From contig OZ024748.1 of NCBI GenBank assembly GCA_964016885.1, forward strand, positions 29,326,001-29,390,000: 64,000 nt of DNA, given 5' to 3'. Every line of letters begins with the position of its first letter. Position 1 is the stretch's first letter. The translations under genes were made by a program, and so were the position numbers. This DNA is from Eledone cirrhosa (lineage: Eukaryota). The notes under the pieces were generated by a model, which did not search any database, was not told the DNA's origin, and was given only the letters and a program-made list of their open reading frames with translations. Below, in pieces: positions 11,521-23,632 of this stretch.

Positions 11521-12600
11521 CTCATTACCCTCATTCTATCTTCTCGTAAAATCATAACATTTGTTTTTTGACTTTTTGAATATTCATCCGCAATCATTAT
11601 TATTTTTTCTCTCTATCATAAATCTTTTTAATCTCAATTTCATCCTTAATTTATTATTATTTTTTTCTCCCCATCAACGAACTCATTATTAATACATATT
11701 AACTCTTTATTCGCACATATTATCAATTCAATATACAAACTTTAACTTCACATTATTTTTCTCAAATCCTTCTACACACAAACCTTAACAATTTTTCTCT
11801 TCGCTAATTTTGAAATTGCCACAATACATACATTTCTTCTTTTGACGTTAGAATATTCACCCACAATTATTATTTTTTTCTCTCTATCTTCATACATAAT
11901 TTCCCTTCGTTAATTTTCAAATTCCTTTAATTTATACATTATCTTCCAACGGTTCCCAACCTCTCTATATTAAAACAATATATCTTTTTCTCAGTTATAA
12001 AAACTATCTCTTTCTCTCTATCACCCATCTCTCCCTCTCCACCTTCACTCTCATCTCCTCCCCCTTTTTTTCATCCTTTCCACCCCCCCTCCCTAAATAA
12101 AATATATTTTTTCCTCGCACATATCCTCCCTTCGTTAATTTTCAAAATTTTTAATTTATACAGTATCTTCCAACGGCTTTCAACCTCTCTATGTAAAAAA
12201 TATATCTCCTCTCAGTTATAAAAATTATCTCTTTCTCTCTATCACCCATCTCTCCCTCTCACTCCTTCCCTTTTCATCCTTTCCACCCCCCCCTCTCTAA
12301 ATAAAATATTTTTCCCAATATCACACATCAATCTAAAACCACTTTTCATATGTTGATTTAAAACTGCACTATCCACAAGTGTTTTTTAGCCTTCATATCA
12401 TGTTCTCCTGTTTTATCTGATGAAAACACAAATATTATTGCATGATGATGTTTGTTTTTGAAATGCGCATAATAAAATATATGGAACTCCTTTAACCATC
12501 TTTTGATCTTATATTATGCATACTCCAGTCCTACAAACTGTAGAGTGCTTCTTATCCGATATCTGCATTGCTTTATTGTACTACAATAAAACTCACCTCC
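11521..12600 (+). mobile_element. Non-coding hammerhead-bearing repeat (same family as 2887-3322) with an internal ~230-bp tandem duplication
   Basis: Similarity to 2887-3322; internal repeat ~11900-12120 versus ~12125-12310; ends in (TA)n. Confidence 0.7.
12409..12479 (+). ncRNA. Type I hammerhead ribozyme
   Basis: TGTTTTAT-CTGATGA-stem II-GAAA-TGCGCA-TA-ATAAAATA; palindromic stem III ATGCGCAT; differences from the 3136 copy largely preserve pairing. Confidence 0.85.
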
Positions 12601-12740
12601 TATATTATATATATATATTATATATATATATATATTATATATATATATATATATTATATATATATATATATTATATATATATATTATATATAAATATATA
12701 TATTATATATATATATATTATATATATATATATAATATAT

Positions 12741-13040
12741 TGGAACGAAAACGGAAGAGATACGCAGTGATCTACATGTGGAAAATCCTGGAGGGACTAG
12801 CACCAAACTTTGGCATTGGGAGCTGGACCAACTGTCGAACAGGACGTCACTGTGTGGTGCCAAAGGTCCCGTCTTCCACATCTAGCATAAGGAGCAGGTA
12901 TTGCAATAGCCTGGGATTCAAGGGCTTTCAACTCTTCAACAGGCTGCCGAGGGATCTGAGAGATTTGCATGACGTGGAGGTGGATGTCTTCAAGAAACAC
13001 CTCGACACCTTGTTATCCAGGATCCCGGATAAGCCCGCTC
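12741..13040 (+). mobile_element. CR1/L2-group LINE ORF2 C-terminal fragment
   Basis: ERKRKRYAVIYMWKILEGLAPN...LFNRLP...FKKHLDTLLSRIPD resembles CR1-group ORF2 ends. Confidence 0.65.
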
Positions 13041-13149
13041 CCTCTTACACCAGTGGCCAACCTATACAGGCTGGAGATAAAATGTATAGCAACAAGGGCT
13101 GTACCCCAGCATGGCCTCAGCCGGATGGCTGAAACAGGTCATGGTAATG

Positions 13150-14052
13150 CCATGAATATAAACCATCCGGACATAAGCAAAACAGACAGCGCCACTAACT
13201 TTAATAACGGAACCCTACAAAATAGTACGCACAGTAACGAGACTCACCCCATAGAAAAGAAAAATAGAAGAAGGAAAAACATGTATTTTAACCCACCTTT
13301 TAACTCTGAGGTCATTACTAACCTCCCCAGAGTATTCTTCTCATTATTAGAAAAAAACTTCCCACCAGGCAGTAGATATCGCAACATAATTAACAAAAAC
13401 GTGGTTAAATTATCCTATTCGACCACACCTAGCACGCACGAACATTAGGAAAACTAGGGAAGGTTTCGAAGCAATTAAAATGGCAGTTAACCACCAGTAA
13501 CCGACTACACTGGAAAATGGGCAACATAATAGCATCACTGAGCCATCTAATGATATAGAGGCACTTAGTGATAATGCTAGTAACCAATGTTCGGGAGGTA
13601 CGCTAACTGATCGAACCCGCAGTTGCAATTGTAGGCGGAGTAGTAATTGTCCCCTAAGGGGGGATTGCCTCATGAAAAACATCGTATATGCATGTGACGT
13701 AACCACACACCACTCTACCAAAACATATATAGGAGCAACGTCCAATACATTTAAAACTAGATTTAACGCGCATATGTACACATTTAGACACGATAGACAT
13801 AAGAATGCCACCTCACTGGTGGGATACATCTCCTTCTTAAAAAATAATAGTACCCCATACAAACTTTTTTGGAGGAAGCTTACTAGATCCACGCCATACC
13901 GACCGCAGAGCGGGAGTTGTGACCTGTGTTTACTGGAATGCCATGCCATAATACACTCTAAACTGAACCTGCTTAACAGGAAATCGGAAATTTTCTCCTC
14001 TTGCCAACACAAAATCCTGAGTTCCTTCTTCTATTTTAAACCTAGCACATAG
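13150..14052 (+). mobile_element. Penelope-like element C-terminal fragment (frameshifted), lineage like 11213-11425
   Basis: YFNPPFN..VITNL...KLSYS, then CNCRRSSNCPLRGDC, NIVY...YIGATSNTFKTRFNAH, CDLCLLE: thumb, Cys linker and GIY-YIG. Confidence 0.8.
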
Positions 14053-14805
14053 ACGTAACATATATTACGCAACCCCCACCTAGACATACCCCTCCTTGAC
14101 TATAGCTCCCCCCTAACCCAGATAGATAGGTAGCCTGATGGTGGAACAGTCCCCTACAAGGTTGGTGTTTGTGTGTGTGCGTATGTGTGTGTCTGTGTGT
14201 GTGTACCTCCTTTTCTCTCTCTCACACACACACACACAGACACCCATGTATGTGTGCGTACATGTGTGCATGCATGTGTGCATGTATTGTATGCATGTAT
14301 ATTGTATGTATATATATATATGTATATTGTATGCATCTGTATTATATTGTGTGTATGTGTATATGTGATATGTATGTGTATATGTATATGTATGTGTATA
14401 TGTGTGTGTGTATGATATGTATATGTGTATGTATGTATGTATATTTTTCTGTAGAAGTCTTCTCTATATGTGGTATTTGGCATGCATTCCTCCTATAATA
14501 CTCCTCTTTGAGAGGAGCACGATATGTGGAGTAACATATATGTATTGTCGCAGTTGAAACTGAGAACCACCACCCCTCCTGCTGACCCAAATGTTTACTG
14601 AGGACCAGAACACCATTCTCCACAATATAAGAGAGGAATGCGCTTGCCGGACTATTGATGACCATAACATCACATTCCAAGGTAATGGCAAAACACAGTG
14701 AATACTAAACACGACCAGAACACCACAACATGCACATCGGAGCAACAGAGATATAACATCAATAAGCGAGTCAATTGAATTTTTTGAGTTGAAATACATA
14801 TAGAT

Positions 14806-15082
14806 ATGTGTCTGTGTGTATCGGACACACGTACGCATAAAGAAACTGCTGACCTAAATGTACCTGTCATGCCTGTCTGAATTCCTAAGAGAATTTTCGG
14901 TCAGTTACTATCTTGACCGATTACCCTCACAATTACTACGTATAAATGTGTCTGTGTGTATCGGACACACGTACACATAAAGGAACTGCTGGCCTAAATA
15001 TACCTGTCATGCCTGTCTGAATTCCTAAGAGAATTCTCGGTCAGTTACTATCTTGACCGATTACCCTCACAATTACTACGTA
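14806..15082. repeat. Two-copy ~140-bp tandem duplication rich in short hairpins
   Basis: 14806-14941 is repeated at 14946-15082 with a few substitutions. Confidence 0.85.
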
Positions 15083-16237
15083 GCGGTTCCTGCACGTGAC
15101 TGCTGGACCCGGATGAAACGAAGACGAAGAATTTCATTGCGTACCGTTTTGCACCACAGATGCGATCTCACTCTGCCTCGTTAATGCTCAATCGACACCA
15201 AAGTTCTACGTTCAGGGCAATAGAATTGAATCCAACCACCGACAACATAGTTGGATGACCGATAATCACACCAAACCGGAGTACTGTGATCCTTGTGATT
15301 TCGAGATATACAACCACTGACACTGTTACGAAGACCAGAAAACCATACTCCATAATATTGAACCAAGTGATTGATTTGCGCGACCAAAATAACACCACAC
15401 ACATATTGAACTAGGAATATTGGATCCTCCGTCAATGTCTGGGTGAGCAAAAATAGATTTCTATCTGCATTGGAATTTACGAACTTGTGCATCTGCTGTG
15501 GTGTCAAAAACAAACGCACATGACCGCACGGATGAACAATGGACTATGCCACGTGGCTTGAACCTGCAGGTGAATTGAAGGATGTGTAACTCTGATATAC
15601 AGATTGTTTATTATTAGGATGTATAAACTTGACATAACTATTATCATCTTATATTCTCTCAAATAATCACATTTGATTATATTTCTCTATCCCGTTTTCT
15701 CCCCCTATATTTATAATATTTTTGTTTGAAAAGATCGGCTTTTTTTACATTGTGTTTTCCCCTCCAAATACTTGCTTATATTTCTTTATATATTCTCTAT
15801 ATATTTTTTTATATATATTTTTTATCCATATTCTTATTTTCACTTTTATCCTCCTTTATATTTTACCTTATTCTTACTTTTATACCTTATTATAGTGTAA
15901 TCTTCCCCATGCCTTATTATACATTATTAATTATAGATTATTATTATTACTATTTTTCCATTTCTAATTACCTCCTCCATTATATATATATTGTATGCCT
16001 TTTGTGTGTGTGTAGCCTCTGCACACTACTATCGACGCCACCCCATCTATGGCTCAACTAACCACTCGACTCCCAGGAATGAATATGACCACAGCTAGTA
16101 AACAAGGACTCACACTCCACCCTCCCGCACCAAAATTAGACTTATCGTCCCCTGCTTTTGCTCTTTACTCTCTTTACTCTTTGTTCTAGAATGTTTGGTT
16201 GGTAGAGTCCATAACACCAATCAAACCCCTTTTATAA

Positions 16238-16280
16238 CTCTGACGAATCCTACGGTTACGTAAGGAAGAAACATTGTAAG
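16238..16280 (+). ncRNA. Candidate minimal hammerhead ribozyme
   Basis: CT-CTGACGA-ATCCTACG(GTTA)CGTAAGGAA-GAAA-CATTG-TA-AG; short stem I; ~50 nt upstream of (TA)n. Confidence 0.6.
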
Positions 16281-16396
16281 CCAATAAAAATCTTTTGATG
16301 TTGTAGACGCTCTTGTGTTCTTTATCATATATATATAATATAGATATTATATATATATATATAATATATATATATTTTATATAATATATATATATA

Positions 16397-16900
16397 AGTA
16401 ATCTTAGTGTACAGGGTAAATGCAAGAATCATTAAACGCAGACTAGTCCTGAATAAAACAATTACCACAATAATATCAGCTTACGCACCCCAATCAAGGC
16501 TGCCAGACGAACTTAAGGATAGGTTTTACGAGTCCCTAATGCACACTACTGCTCTAACAGACGACAATGACTTCCTAATCATTGCAGGAGATTTTGACGG
16601 ACACATAGGTAAACACTGCGACGGCTTCAATAGAGTACATGGAGGCCATGGGGTTGGCACAAGAAATGAGAAATGTCGATATGTAACACAAACTTTAAAA
16701 AACCCGACAACCACCTGATCACCTATAGATCAGGGGAGCACTCTAGTCAGATAGATTTTATCCTCATCAGAGGACGTGACAGATGGACGGTCGTAAACAC
16801 AAAAGCCTTCCCTAGTGAGGAATGTACATCCCAACATAGCTTAGTTGTCAGCGACCTCACAGTCAGAACTAGACGAACCTGGAAACAGAGGCCAACCTGG
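16397..16900 (+). mobile_element. RTE-B internal endonuclease fragment
   Basis: Matches the reverse complement of ~19830-20370 (ORFs 16407-16718 and 16673-17011). Confidence 0.88.
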
Positions 16901-17066
16901 CCCAGCTGTAGTCGGCACTATCAACGCATAATGGGTCTCCTCCACCCCCTCTCCCTCTTTCTCCTACTGGCAGGTTCAGCTACCCCTTCCCTCCGCAAAT
17001 TGCCATCATAGAATTATTATGTCTCAACAACAAACTTTTGACCCATCCTTGTGACAACCACTTTTA

Positions 17067-17156
17067 CCTTGAGAAGCTCGGCTATTCAAATACCAGGATA
17101 AAAATTTTCATTTAGTCCAGAATTAGCCGTCGAAACGGCTTGAGCTCAGCCGTTGG
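17067..17156 (+). ncRNA. Candidate hammerhead, U3-A8 variant
   Basis: CC-TTGAGAA-G..CGGCTA/TAGCCG..C-GAAA; stem III ACGGCT/AGCCGT; cleavage GTT; weak stem I; ~95 nt before (TA)n. Confidence 0.45.
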
Positions 17157-17561
17157 GGTCCTACTCATTCCTATCACCCACTCTACTACCCTAAGTATTG
17201 AGTACTTTGGTGCGTTATGGTTCACCTGGTACCTTACCACATTTCCTCCGTTATATATATATATAATATATCATCATCACCGTTTTACGTCCGTTCTTCC
17301 ACGCTAGCATGGGTTAGACGGGTTGTCCTGTTGTGGGCAGTGTCTGGTCGGCTGACCATGCCTTGCTCATACAGGAACTGATCTGGCTTGATTTCTACAG
17401 CTGGATGCCCTTCCTAACACCAACCTCATTTACAGTGAGTGCTGGGTGCTTTTTCGTGGCGCCTACACGTCCACTTTACAGTGTGGGCTGGGTGCTTTTT
17501 TGCCGTGGCACCTCCACGACCACCTTGCGGTGGGGGGGGGGGGGCATATTGTTTATATGCT

Positions 17562-20500
17562 TCAGCATGTACCCATGGGAGGTCGGGTACCCTGTATTAC
17601 TGCGTGACGCCAGAAGTCACGGTCGTGTGTCATTGACTTTGAGAGGTGTAGTTGGGTAAGGTCGGCTTTTATCACCTCATCCCAAGTCATCTTGGGTCTC
17701 CCCACTCCGCGGTTTCCATCAACTTCTAGTGCTCTGCACCTTTTTATGCAGCTGTCATCCTTCATACGCATCACATGTCCATACCAGCGTAACCGCCTCT
17801 CCTGCACGCAGCATTTGATTCCTCTTATGCTCAGTCTCTCTCTCAATTCATTTATGCTTTGTCGTTCACGTATATTACTGTTACACATCCATCGGAGCAT
17901 GCAGGCTTCGTTTCTCTCTAATCTACGTAAGTCTTCCACCTTCAGCGCCCAGGTCTCACTACCATGCAACATCGCTGTTCGGATACACGCATCATACAGT
18001 CTGCCTTTCATTCTGAGGGAGAAGCCTTTTGCAGCTAGCAGTGGTAGTAGTTCCCTAAACTTCTTCCATCCCGTTCTTACCCTAGTTATTGTACTTTCTG
18101 AGCACCCACCTCCGTTGCTAATTCGGTCACCTAGGTAGCAGAAGCTGTCTACTGTTTCTACAGGGCCCTCCCAGAGATTGGTGGTACTTGTTTCCTGTGG
18201 CTGTTTGCTTGCTGTTTCAGCACAGCTGCTGCATGTGAATCCTACATTCTTAATTAAGCTTCCTGAGATCCCGCTACATCTCTTGTGTACCCATTGTTTG
18301 CATTTGGGGCAAAGAATGGAGTTCCTACCTACACCTTTCCTACATACTGAGCAAGGCCATTTCCCTGAGGGGATCTGGGTTCTGTTTTCTCGTCTACTTA
18401 TAAGGACCTTAGTCTTTGTCATGTTGACTTTGAGGCCCTTTCTCTCTAGTCCCTGCTTCCAGGTTTGGAATTTATTCTCTAGTTCTACCATAGATTCAGC
18501 TATGAGTGCGAGGTCATCAGCATACAGGAGTTCCCATGGGCATCCGGTCTTAAACTCCTCCGTTATTGCCTGCAGGACTATGATGAACAGGAGAGGGCTA
18601 AGAACAGAGCCCTGGTGGACCCCAACCTGTACGCTAAATTCCTCGCTATACTCATTGCCAATCCTAACTTTGCTGACTGCTCCCCTATACATGGCTTGTA
18701 CCGCTTTCACAAGCCATTCATCTACTCCTAGTTTTCTAAGAGCCCACCAGATTACTGCACGTGGAACTCTGTCAAAGGCTTTCTCAAGGTCGACAAATGC
18801 CAAGTAGAGTGGCTTACTTTTAGCTAGGTACTTTTCCTGTAATTGCCTCACAAGGAAGAGCGCATCAGTGGTGCCTTTCCCTGGTACAAACCCAAATTGC
18901 ATCTCGTCTATATTCACCCGGTCCCTAATCAGCTGTGCTATAACTCTTTCTGTTACTTTCATGACCTGGTCCATCAACTTTATACCTCTATAGTTTCCTC
19001 TATCTAGTGCATCGCCTTTACCTTTGTAGCAGTTGACAATGATGCTACTGCACCAATCTTTTGGTATGGCCCCCTCTAGTATTACCTGGTTAACGATACG
19101 TGTGGTTATAGTGTGACCTACAGACCCAGATGCCTTCAGCATCTCGGCAGCTATACCCGATGGACCGGTTGCCTTCCCTATCTTCATATCTCTGATTGCC
19201 TTACTTACTACGCTGCCGCTGACTTGTACTGCTGGTCCCTCTATAGGGTCTACGTGGGGTAGGGTCTCTTCTTCCCATGCATTCTCCTCATTTAGTAATC
19301 TATCATAATGACTCTTCCATGCATCTTTCTTCTCAGCACTTGTGAGGGCAAGCTCACCTTTATCATTCCGGATACACTTCTCTCCAATGACATCACAACT
19401 ATCTCTGACACACTGCCTCGCAATCTTGAATACCTCCTGTTTCTGGTCCTCACGTTGTAAAACATGCTTGAATTTTCTATCCTCTGCTTCCCTCCTAGCT
19501 AAGTATACTTGTCGCCTAGCTTCCCTCTTGGTCTCTATGTAATGTACCCTGCTCCCCCCGTTCTTCCATTCTTTCCATGCCTGTCTCTTGGCCTTGACTG
19601 CTTCATCTACCTTATTGTTCCACCACCAAGTCACTCTCCTCCTGCTTGAGGTCTTACTCCAGCCACAAACCTCATCCGTCGCCTCTAGTAAGTTATTTTT
19701 TAGGAACTCCCAGTTCTCTTCTACGTTAAATGTCTCTATCTGTTCTTCTTTACTGTCGTAGGCGTTGAGTAAAATATCTTTAAATCTGTTACTGGTTGAG
19801 GGGACTTTCAGCTTCCAGATCTTTCTTCTCCAGGTTGGCCTCTGTTTCAGGGCTCGTCTAGTTCTGACCGTGAGGTCGCTGACAACTAAGCTATGTTGGG
19901 ATGTACATTCCTCACTAGGGAAGGCTTTTGTGTTTACGACCGTCCATCTGTCACGTCCTCTGATGAGGATAAAATCTAACTGACTAGAGTGCTCCCCTGA
20001 TCTATAGGTGATCAGGTGGTTGTCGGGTTTTTTAAAGTTTGTGTTACATATCGACATGTCATTGGCGTCGCAGAATTCTAGAAGTCTGAATCCTTCCTCA
20101 TTCCTTGTGCCAACTCCATGGCCTCCATGTACTCTATTGAAGCCATCGCAGTGTTTACCTACGTGTCCGTTAAAATCTCCTGCAATGATTAGGAAGTCCT
20201 TGTCGTCTGTTAGAGCAGTAGTGTGTATTAGGGACTCGTAAAACCTATCCTTAAGTTCGTCTGGCAGCCCCGATTGGGGTGCGTAAGCTGATATTATTGT
20301 GGTAATTGTCTTATTCAGGACTAGTCTGAGTTTAATGATTCTTGCATTTACCCTGTACACTGAGATTACTTTATCTACCCACTTGTCAGCTAATAGTATA
20401 CCTACACCACCCATCCCATCGTCATTTCCCACCCAGAAAAATTTGTAGCACTGGCTTTTTCCTACAAGGACTCTAGCAGACCCTCCTCTCCATCTAGTCT

Positions 20501-20681
20501 CTTGCACACAGCATACATCAACTTCCTTTCGCTCTAGCATTTCTACGATTTCTCCTGCTCTTCCTTTCATTGAGCCTACATTGATGGTACCAACTCGGAG
20601 TTTTGGGCATTTGTCGACACTCGTAGGGGAGGGTCTCTGGGTTGGCGCTTCACGTGGGTGCTTGGTAGCTCGCAGATTCAT
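17562..20681 (-). CDS. RTE ORF: AP endonuclease, reverse transcriptase and embedded PHD-like C4HC3 finger (1039 aa, intact)
   Basis: APE motifs TINVGS, CVQETRW, GDFNGH, LDFIL, SQH; RT motifs NYRGIKL, QFGF, GVHQGSVLSP, YADD, YLG; RLRWYGHV. Confidence 0.95.
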   Translation of the reverse strand: MNLRATKHPREAPTQRPSPTSVDKCPKLRVGTINVGSMKGRAGEIVEMLERKEVDVCCVQETRWRGGSARVLVGKSQCYKFFWVGNDDGMGGVGILLADKWVDKVISVYRVNARIIKLRLVLNKTITTIISAYAPQSGLPDELKDRFYESLIHTTALTDDKDFLIIAGDFNGHVGKHCDGFNRVHGGHGVGTRNEEGFRLLEFCDANDMSICNTNFKKPDNHLITYRSGEHSSQLDFILIRGRDRWTVVNTKAFPSEECTSQHSLVVSDLTVRTRRALKQRPTWRRKIWKLKVPSTSNRFKDILLNAYDSKEEQIETFNVEENWEFLKNNLLEATDEVCGWSKTSSRRRVTWWWNNKVDEAVKAKRQAWKEWKNGGSRVHYIETKREARRQVYLARREAEDRKFKHVLQREDQKQEVFKIARQCVRDSCDVIGEKCIRNDKGELALTSAEKKDAWKSHYDRLLNEENAWEEETLPHVDPIEGPAVQVSGSVVSKAIRDMKIGKATGPSGIAAEMLKASGSVGHTITTRIVNQVILEGAIPKDWCSSIIVNCYKGKGDALDRGNYRGIKLMDQVMKVTERVIAQLIRDRVNIDEMQFGFVPGKGTTDALFLVRQLQEKYLAKSKPLYLAFVDLEKAFDRVPRAVIWWALRKLGVDEWLVKAVQAMYRGAVSKVRIGNEYSEEFSVQVGVHQGSVLSPLLFIIVLQAITEEFKTGCPWELLYADDLALIAESMVELENKFQTWKQGLERKGLKVNMTKTKVLISRRENRTQIPSGKWPCSVCRKGVGRNSILCPKCKQWVHKRCSGISGSLIKNVGFTCSSCAETASKQPQETSTTNLWEGPVETVDSFCYLGDRISNGGGCSESTITRVRTGWKKFRELLPLLAAKGFSLRMKGRLYDACIRTAMLHGSETWALKVEDLRRLERNEACMLRWMCNSNIRERQSINELRERLSIRGIKCCVQERRLRWYGHVMRMKDDSCIKRCRALEVDGNRGVGRPKMTWDEVIKADLTQLHLSKSMTHDRDFWRHAVIQGTRPPMGTC

Positions 20682-20923
20682 ATTTCATCTATTGATTCAG
20701 AGTTGCTCGTGTATTCCCAGCTCATCCATCCATAACGGTGGGAAAATTGAGGGCTAGAAGGACAGTGGTGGTGGGGTAATGGCAGGGTGTGTTGGGATGC
20801 GCCAGAGGAGGAGAGAGTTAGTTAGGCAGGTAGTAGCAGCAGCAGCAGTGGAAATGGCATGCTAGGTTTGATTGGTCGAATAGACTATGGTGGTGTGTGG
20901 GGGTGGGGGGAGGGAAATTGTGA

Positions 20924-23567
20924 GGTAGGAACTGAGGGTCGCATGGTAAATATCCAAGTTAATACTACATCAGTAAAATTAACAATAATAACGTCATGAA
21001 AAAAGCTACTAAGAGAAACCCTCGAAAATTTATCGCTAATACAGCAGGGAAAATTTAACGCTAATACAGCAGGGAACATCATAATATTAACGACAATATG
21101 TAGGCTAAAATACCTTCGTAGATTAGATGGATGGCTGGCTGGGAAAATTGGAATCAGCTCTAGTGGTACATTTTAGCAGAGAAGAATGGGAAAGTGTCTT
21201 ATCTCTTCAATATTTTCAGATTGAATGAATTAGGTTAAAGACAGGGTAGTAAGCCTTAAAGAAGTGCATAGAGAGGGGGGGGGGGTAGGAACTGAGGGCC
21301 GCATGGTAAATAACTGAGAGAGATACAATAGGATTAGAATACCGCATGGTAAATATCCAAGTTAATAAGTTAATACTACATCAGTAAAATTAACAATAAT
21401 AACGTCATGAAAAAAGCTACTAAGAGAAACCCTCGAAAATTTATCGCTAATACAGCAGGGAAAATTTAACGTTAATACAGCAGGGAACATCATAATATTA
21501 ACGACAATATGTAGGCTAAAATACCTTCGTAGATTAGATGGATGGCTGGCTGGGAAAATTGGAATCAGCTCTAGTGGTACATTTTAGCAGAGAAGAATGG
21601 GAAAGTGTCTTATCTCTTCAATATTTTCAGATTGAATGAATTAGGTTAAAGACAGGGTAGTAAGCCTTAAAGAAGTGCATAGAGAGGGGGGGGGGGGTAG
21701 GAACTGAGGGCCGCATGGTAAATAACTGAGAGAGATACAATAGGATTAGAATACCGCATGGTAAATATCCAAGTTAATAAGTTAATACTACATCAGTAAA
21801 ATTAACAATAATAACGTCATGAAAAAAGCTACTAAGAGAAACCCTCGAAAATTTATCGCTAATACAGCAGGGAAAATTTAACGCTAATACAGCAGGGAAC
21901 ATCATAATATTAACGACAATATGTAGGCTAAAATACCTTCGTAGATTAGATGGATGGCTGGCTGGGAAAATTGGAATCAGCTCTAGTGGTACATTTTAGC
22001 AGAGAAGAATGGGAAAGTGTCTTATCTCTTCAATATTTTCAGATTGAATGAATTAGGTTAAAGACAGGGTAGTAAGCCTTAAAGAAGTGCATAGATAGGG
22101 GGGGGGGTAGGAACTGAGGGCCGCATGGTAAATAACTGAGAGAGATACAATAGGATTAGAATACCGCATGGTAAATATCCAAGTTAATAAGTTAATACTA
22201 CATCAGTAAAATTAACAATAATAACGTCATGAAAAAAGCTACTAAGAGAAACCCTCGAAAATTTATCGCTAATACAGCAGGGAAAATTTAACGTTAATAC
22301 AGCAGGGAACATCATAATATTAACGACAATATGTAGGCTAAAATACCTTCGTAGATTAGATGGATGGCTGGCTGGGAAAATTGGAATCAGCTCTAGTGGT
22401 ACATTTTAGCAGAGAAGAATGGGAAAGTGTCTTATCTCTTCAATATTTTCAGATTGAATGAATTAGGTTAAAGACAGGGTAGTAAGCCTTAAAGAAGTGC
22501 ATAGAGAGGGGGGGGGGGGGTAGGAACTGAGGGCCGCATGGTAAATAACTGAGAGAGATACAATAGGATTAGAATACCGCATGGTAAATATCCAAGTTAA
22601 TAAGTTAATACTACATCAGTAAAATTAACAATAATAACGTCATGAAAAAAGCTACTAAGAGAAACCCTCGAAAATTTATCGCTAATACAGCAGGGAAAAT
22701 TTAACGCTAATACAGCAGGGAACATCATAATATTAACGACAATATGTAGGCTAAAATACCTTCGTAGATTAGATGGATGGCTGGCTGGGAAAATTGGAAT
22801 CAGCTCTAGTGGTACATTTTAGCAGAGAAGAATGGGAAAGTGTCTTATCTCTTCAATATTTTCAGATTGAATGAATTAGGTTAAAGACAGGGTAGTAAGC
22901 CTTAAAGAAGTGCATAGAGAGGGGGGGGGGGTAGGAACTGAGGACCGCATGGTAAATAACTGAGAGAGATACAATAGGATTAGAATACCGCATGGTAAAT
23001 ATCCAAGTTAATAAGTTAATACTACATCAGTAAAATTAACAATAATAACGTCATGAAAAAAGCTACTAAGAGAAACCCTCGAAAATTTATCGCTAATACA
23101 GCAGGGAAAATTTAACGCTAATACAGCAGGGAACATCATAATATTAACGACAATATGTAGGCTAAAATACCTTCGTAGATTAGATGGATGGCTGGCTGGG
23201 AAAATTGGAATCAGCTCTAGTGGTACATTTTAGCAGAGAAGAATGGGAAAGTGTCTTATCTCTTCAATATTTTCAGATTGAATGAATTAGGTTAAAGACA
23301 GGGTAGTAAGCCTTAAAGAAGTGCATAGAGAGGGGGGGGGGGGTAGGAACTGAGGGCCGCATGGTAAATAACTGAGAGAGATACAATAGGATTAGAATAC
23401 CGCATGGTAAATATCCAAGTTAATAAGTTAATACTACATCAGTAAAATTAACAATAATAACGTCATGAAAAAAGCTACTAAGAGAAACCCTCGAAAATTT
23501 ATCGCTAATACAGCAGGGAAAATTTAACGCTAATACAGCAGGGAACATCATAATATTAACGACAATA
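20924..23567 (-). repeat. Tandem array of ~411-bp monomers (~6.4 copies) upstream of the RTE ORF
   Basis: Marker ACAGGGTAGT recurs at 21241, 21652, 22064, 22474, 22887 and 23298; units differ mainly in poly-G length. Confidence 0.95.
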
Positions 23568-23571
23568 TATG

Positions 23572-23623
<52 letters not shown>

Positions 23624-23632
23624 TATATATAT

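Larger units (their letters stand above)
17270..23567 (-). mobile_element. Full-length RTE-clade LINE, family B, with tandem 5' monomers
   Basis: Intact ORF; 3' UTR ending in (GAT)n at ~17270; 5' tandem array; (TA)n on both sides. Confidence 0.92.

Noticed and set aside
17692-20241. Long plus-strand ORFs overlapping RTE copies
   Set aside because: Antisense shadows of the RTE ORF with no independent motifs.
20924-23567. CRISPR-like array
   Set aside because: Whole 411-bp units are repeated with no unique spacers; eukaryotic context and no cas genes.
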